Positions 61,926 to 64,000 of a DNA stretch of 64,000 bases are shown one piece after another. A program made the translations under genes and the position numbers. Within the stretch, counting starts at the first letter, position 1. Each line of letters starts with the position of its first letter. The DNA lies in assembly GCF_902713615.1 (NCBI RefSeq), contig NC_052146.1:183571469-183635468 (forward strand), given 5' to 3'. A model generated the notes under the pieces. That model saw only the letters and a program-made list of their open reading frames with translations, did not search any database and was not told where the DNA came from. The DNA is from Scyliorhinus canicula (taxonomy: Eukaryota).

Positions 61926-63758
61926 AGGCGGGATTCACTGTTGGCCATTGCCAGAATCAGGAAACACGACTGGGCGGAGAATTGGTTCTGATGCCAAAAT
62001 TGTGGCGGGCTCTGGGTTCACGCCAAATCGCAATTCTCTGGTACCTTGACAGTGGCGTCAATGCGTTCCACTTCGCACAGTGAAAGCCATTGGCATACCA
62101 TTAGCGGGCCTGACCCGGTATTCTCCGGGGGCCTCTGCGATTCGCTGCCTCCATTGGGGGGAATTCCCAATGGTGAGGTTCACTTGTGCTTTGTTCACTA
62201 TTACCACCATGCTAACATGTCAGCCTTTCACCCCCTGCAAACAATGGATATTGGAATACAACATGCAACGGTGACTTTCGTCCTATTCGCCGCAGCCGTG
62301 GGGGATGAAGAGCCGACCGGCAACAGGCCAAAGAGGGGTAGGAGGATGTGCAGAGGAGGCACCCCATGAGGCTTTGTGTGTTTCGTCAGCACCCGTCATT
62401 CAAGGACCTACCAGACCAGGCATGCCGAAGACTCCAGCCAAGCAGGAGGACAGTGCGGCACATCTGCCAGATCATGACGGTCTGACAACGCGGGGGTAAT
62501 GGGGAAGGACACCCGTTCTCAGTGGCCGTCAACTAACCCCGGTCGCCCTGAACATTTACGCCGTGAGCTCCTTCCAGGCGCCGAATGGGGACCTGTCCAG
62601 GATCTCACAGAGCTCGGTGCACAGTTGCACGTGCGACATCACAGAGGCCCCAAATGCCCAGTCAGCACAATTTCCACATTTCACCGTGGACCGAGCCCAC
62701 AAGGATATACGGGCAGCAGGGTTCGCCGCCATCGTCCAGATGCCCTGGGTGCAGGGGGTGATTGACGAGAGGCATGTTGCCCTATGAGTGCCTGCAGATG
62801 ACAGGCTGCTCTACACATCCAAAAGGGGTTCAACTCCATGGACGTGCAGCTGGTGCGTGACCATCAGATGTGCATCTTGCACACCCACGCCCGATACTTC
62901 ATCCTGGCACACTCGACAATTCTCGGTTTCTTCAAGGCCGCTGAGGGGTTGGCTCCTGGACAACACGAGTTATCCACTGAGGTCTTGGCTGAAGACACCT
63001 AACTGGAGGCCACAGACCGACAAAGAGACCTGCTACAACAAGGCCAGGCAGCAACCAGGGGTATGATCAAGGGGTGCTTCGAAATCCTGAAGGTGCGGCG
63101 CAGGTGCCTGGAATGCTCTGGGGGGGGGGGGGGGGGGGGGGCTCCAGTATGGTGCTGGGAGGGTCACCTGCATTGTGGCGCCATTCTGCTGCATCCGCCA
63201 CAATATCGCACAGCAGAGCAGCGACGTGTTGGAGAAGAAGGTTGAATGCCAGGCCTCCTCCAACGAAAAGCATGCGGGGGAGGGTGAGGATGGACAAGAC
63301 ACGTGGCCCAGGCAGGCACAGGAGGCTGCACAACGTATGCGCCAGGGCCAACGGGCATGGGATGCGCGGATTGCCTCCAGGTTCACCAACTGACCAATTG
63401 GCTGGTGGTGGTGGTTTGGGACGGGGGGGGGGGGGAAGAGAGAGAGAGCACACTGGCCAGGGACATGGGCACCACATCCCACCTGCAAACACCACCTCCT
63501 ACCGCCACATCCCTCCGGCCTGCAAATCCCTCAGAGATATCTGCCACACTACAGGGTGCAGGCCCTGTGTTGGCAGAACAGTGGGTCTGGTCCATGGGAT
63601 AGAGGTTGATGACAAACCGTGTGCTACAAACTCTGGTGCTCTGCATCATTTAGCAACGTCTGACTGCTGCTCACAGTAGCACTTTCCACCATCCAGCAGG
63701 GTGATCCCTGCACGCGAGCTGGCCATTCCATCACACAGTCCCATCAAATCCCCTGGGC

Positions 63759-63789
<31 letters not shown>

Positions 63790-64000
63790 CGGACGCTGGC
63801 TGAACTCTGAACTGCGGTCCCCGAGTCAAGCTCCCCCAATGTCCGCTCATTCCCACTCCTGCCCCGCACGCTCTCTTCGGCTAGTCCAGTCTCCTCACAC
63901 CCCTTTGACTAGAGCATCGAGGCTTGTTTTATCATTGTGCACAGATGTTCACACCCCTTTGACTAGAGCATCGAGGCTTGTTTTATCATTGTGCACAGAT
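61926..64000 (+). mobile_element. Harbinger element (HARBI1-like transposase pseudogene) in intron 1 of cystatin gene 2
   Basis: GGCGGGATTC terminus interrupting intron sequence homologous to ~1290-1320; GDLSRISQSS, PWVQGVID, CFEILKVR, CCIRHNI. Confidence 0.72.
63896..64000. repeat. 54-bp tandem duplication running off the window
   Basis: CACACCCCTTTGACTAGAGC...GCACAGAT repeated at period 54. Confidence 0.85.

Noticed and set aside
57280-64000. Host HARBI1 or NAIF1 genes
   Set aside because: Multiple frameshifted, internally deleted copies inside introns; transposon relics.

Overview
Eukaryotic, repeat-dense vertebrate DNA. The V-SINE/HE1-like SINEs, CR1, L1/Tx1 and Harbinger content suggest a cartilaginous fish; this is an inference. 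There are two convergent type-2 cystatin paralogues. One is complete on + (exons 220-429, 1709-1816, 3405-3494; 135 aa). The other is on - (exon 2 at 61147-61254, exon 3 at 48267-48356, exon 1 beyond the window), and their exons are more diverged than their introns. Between them is a four-level nested insertion stack, L1 > CR1 > end-to-end L1 (internally deleted) > endogenous retrovirus, with target-site duplications readable for the three inner insertions. The ERV is a tandem LTR-int-LTR-int-LTR array with a ~9.6 kb period, and its internal junctions carry a captured copy of its own upstream flank. The retrovirus has a tRNA-Ser PBS, a ~960-codon Gag with five ~73-aa coiled-coil repeats and a PYPRREE repeat tail, an A-AAA-AAC -1 frameshift site into pol, and a gamma-type Env. 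Boundaries of old TE remnants are approximate.
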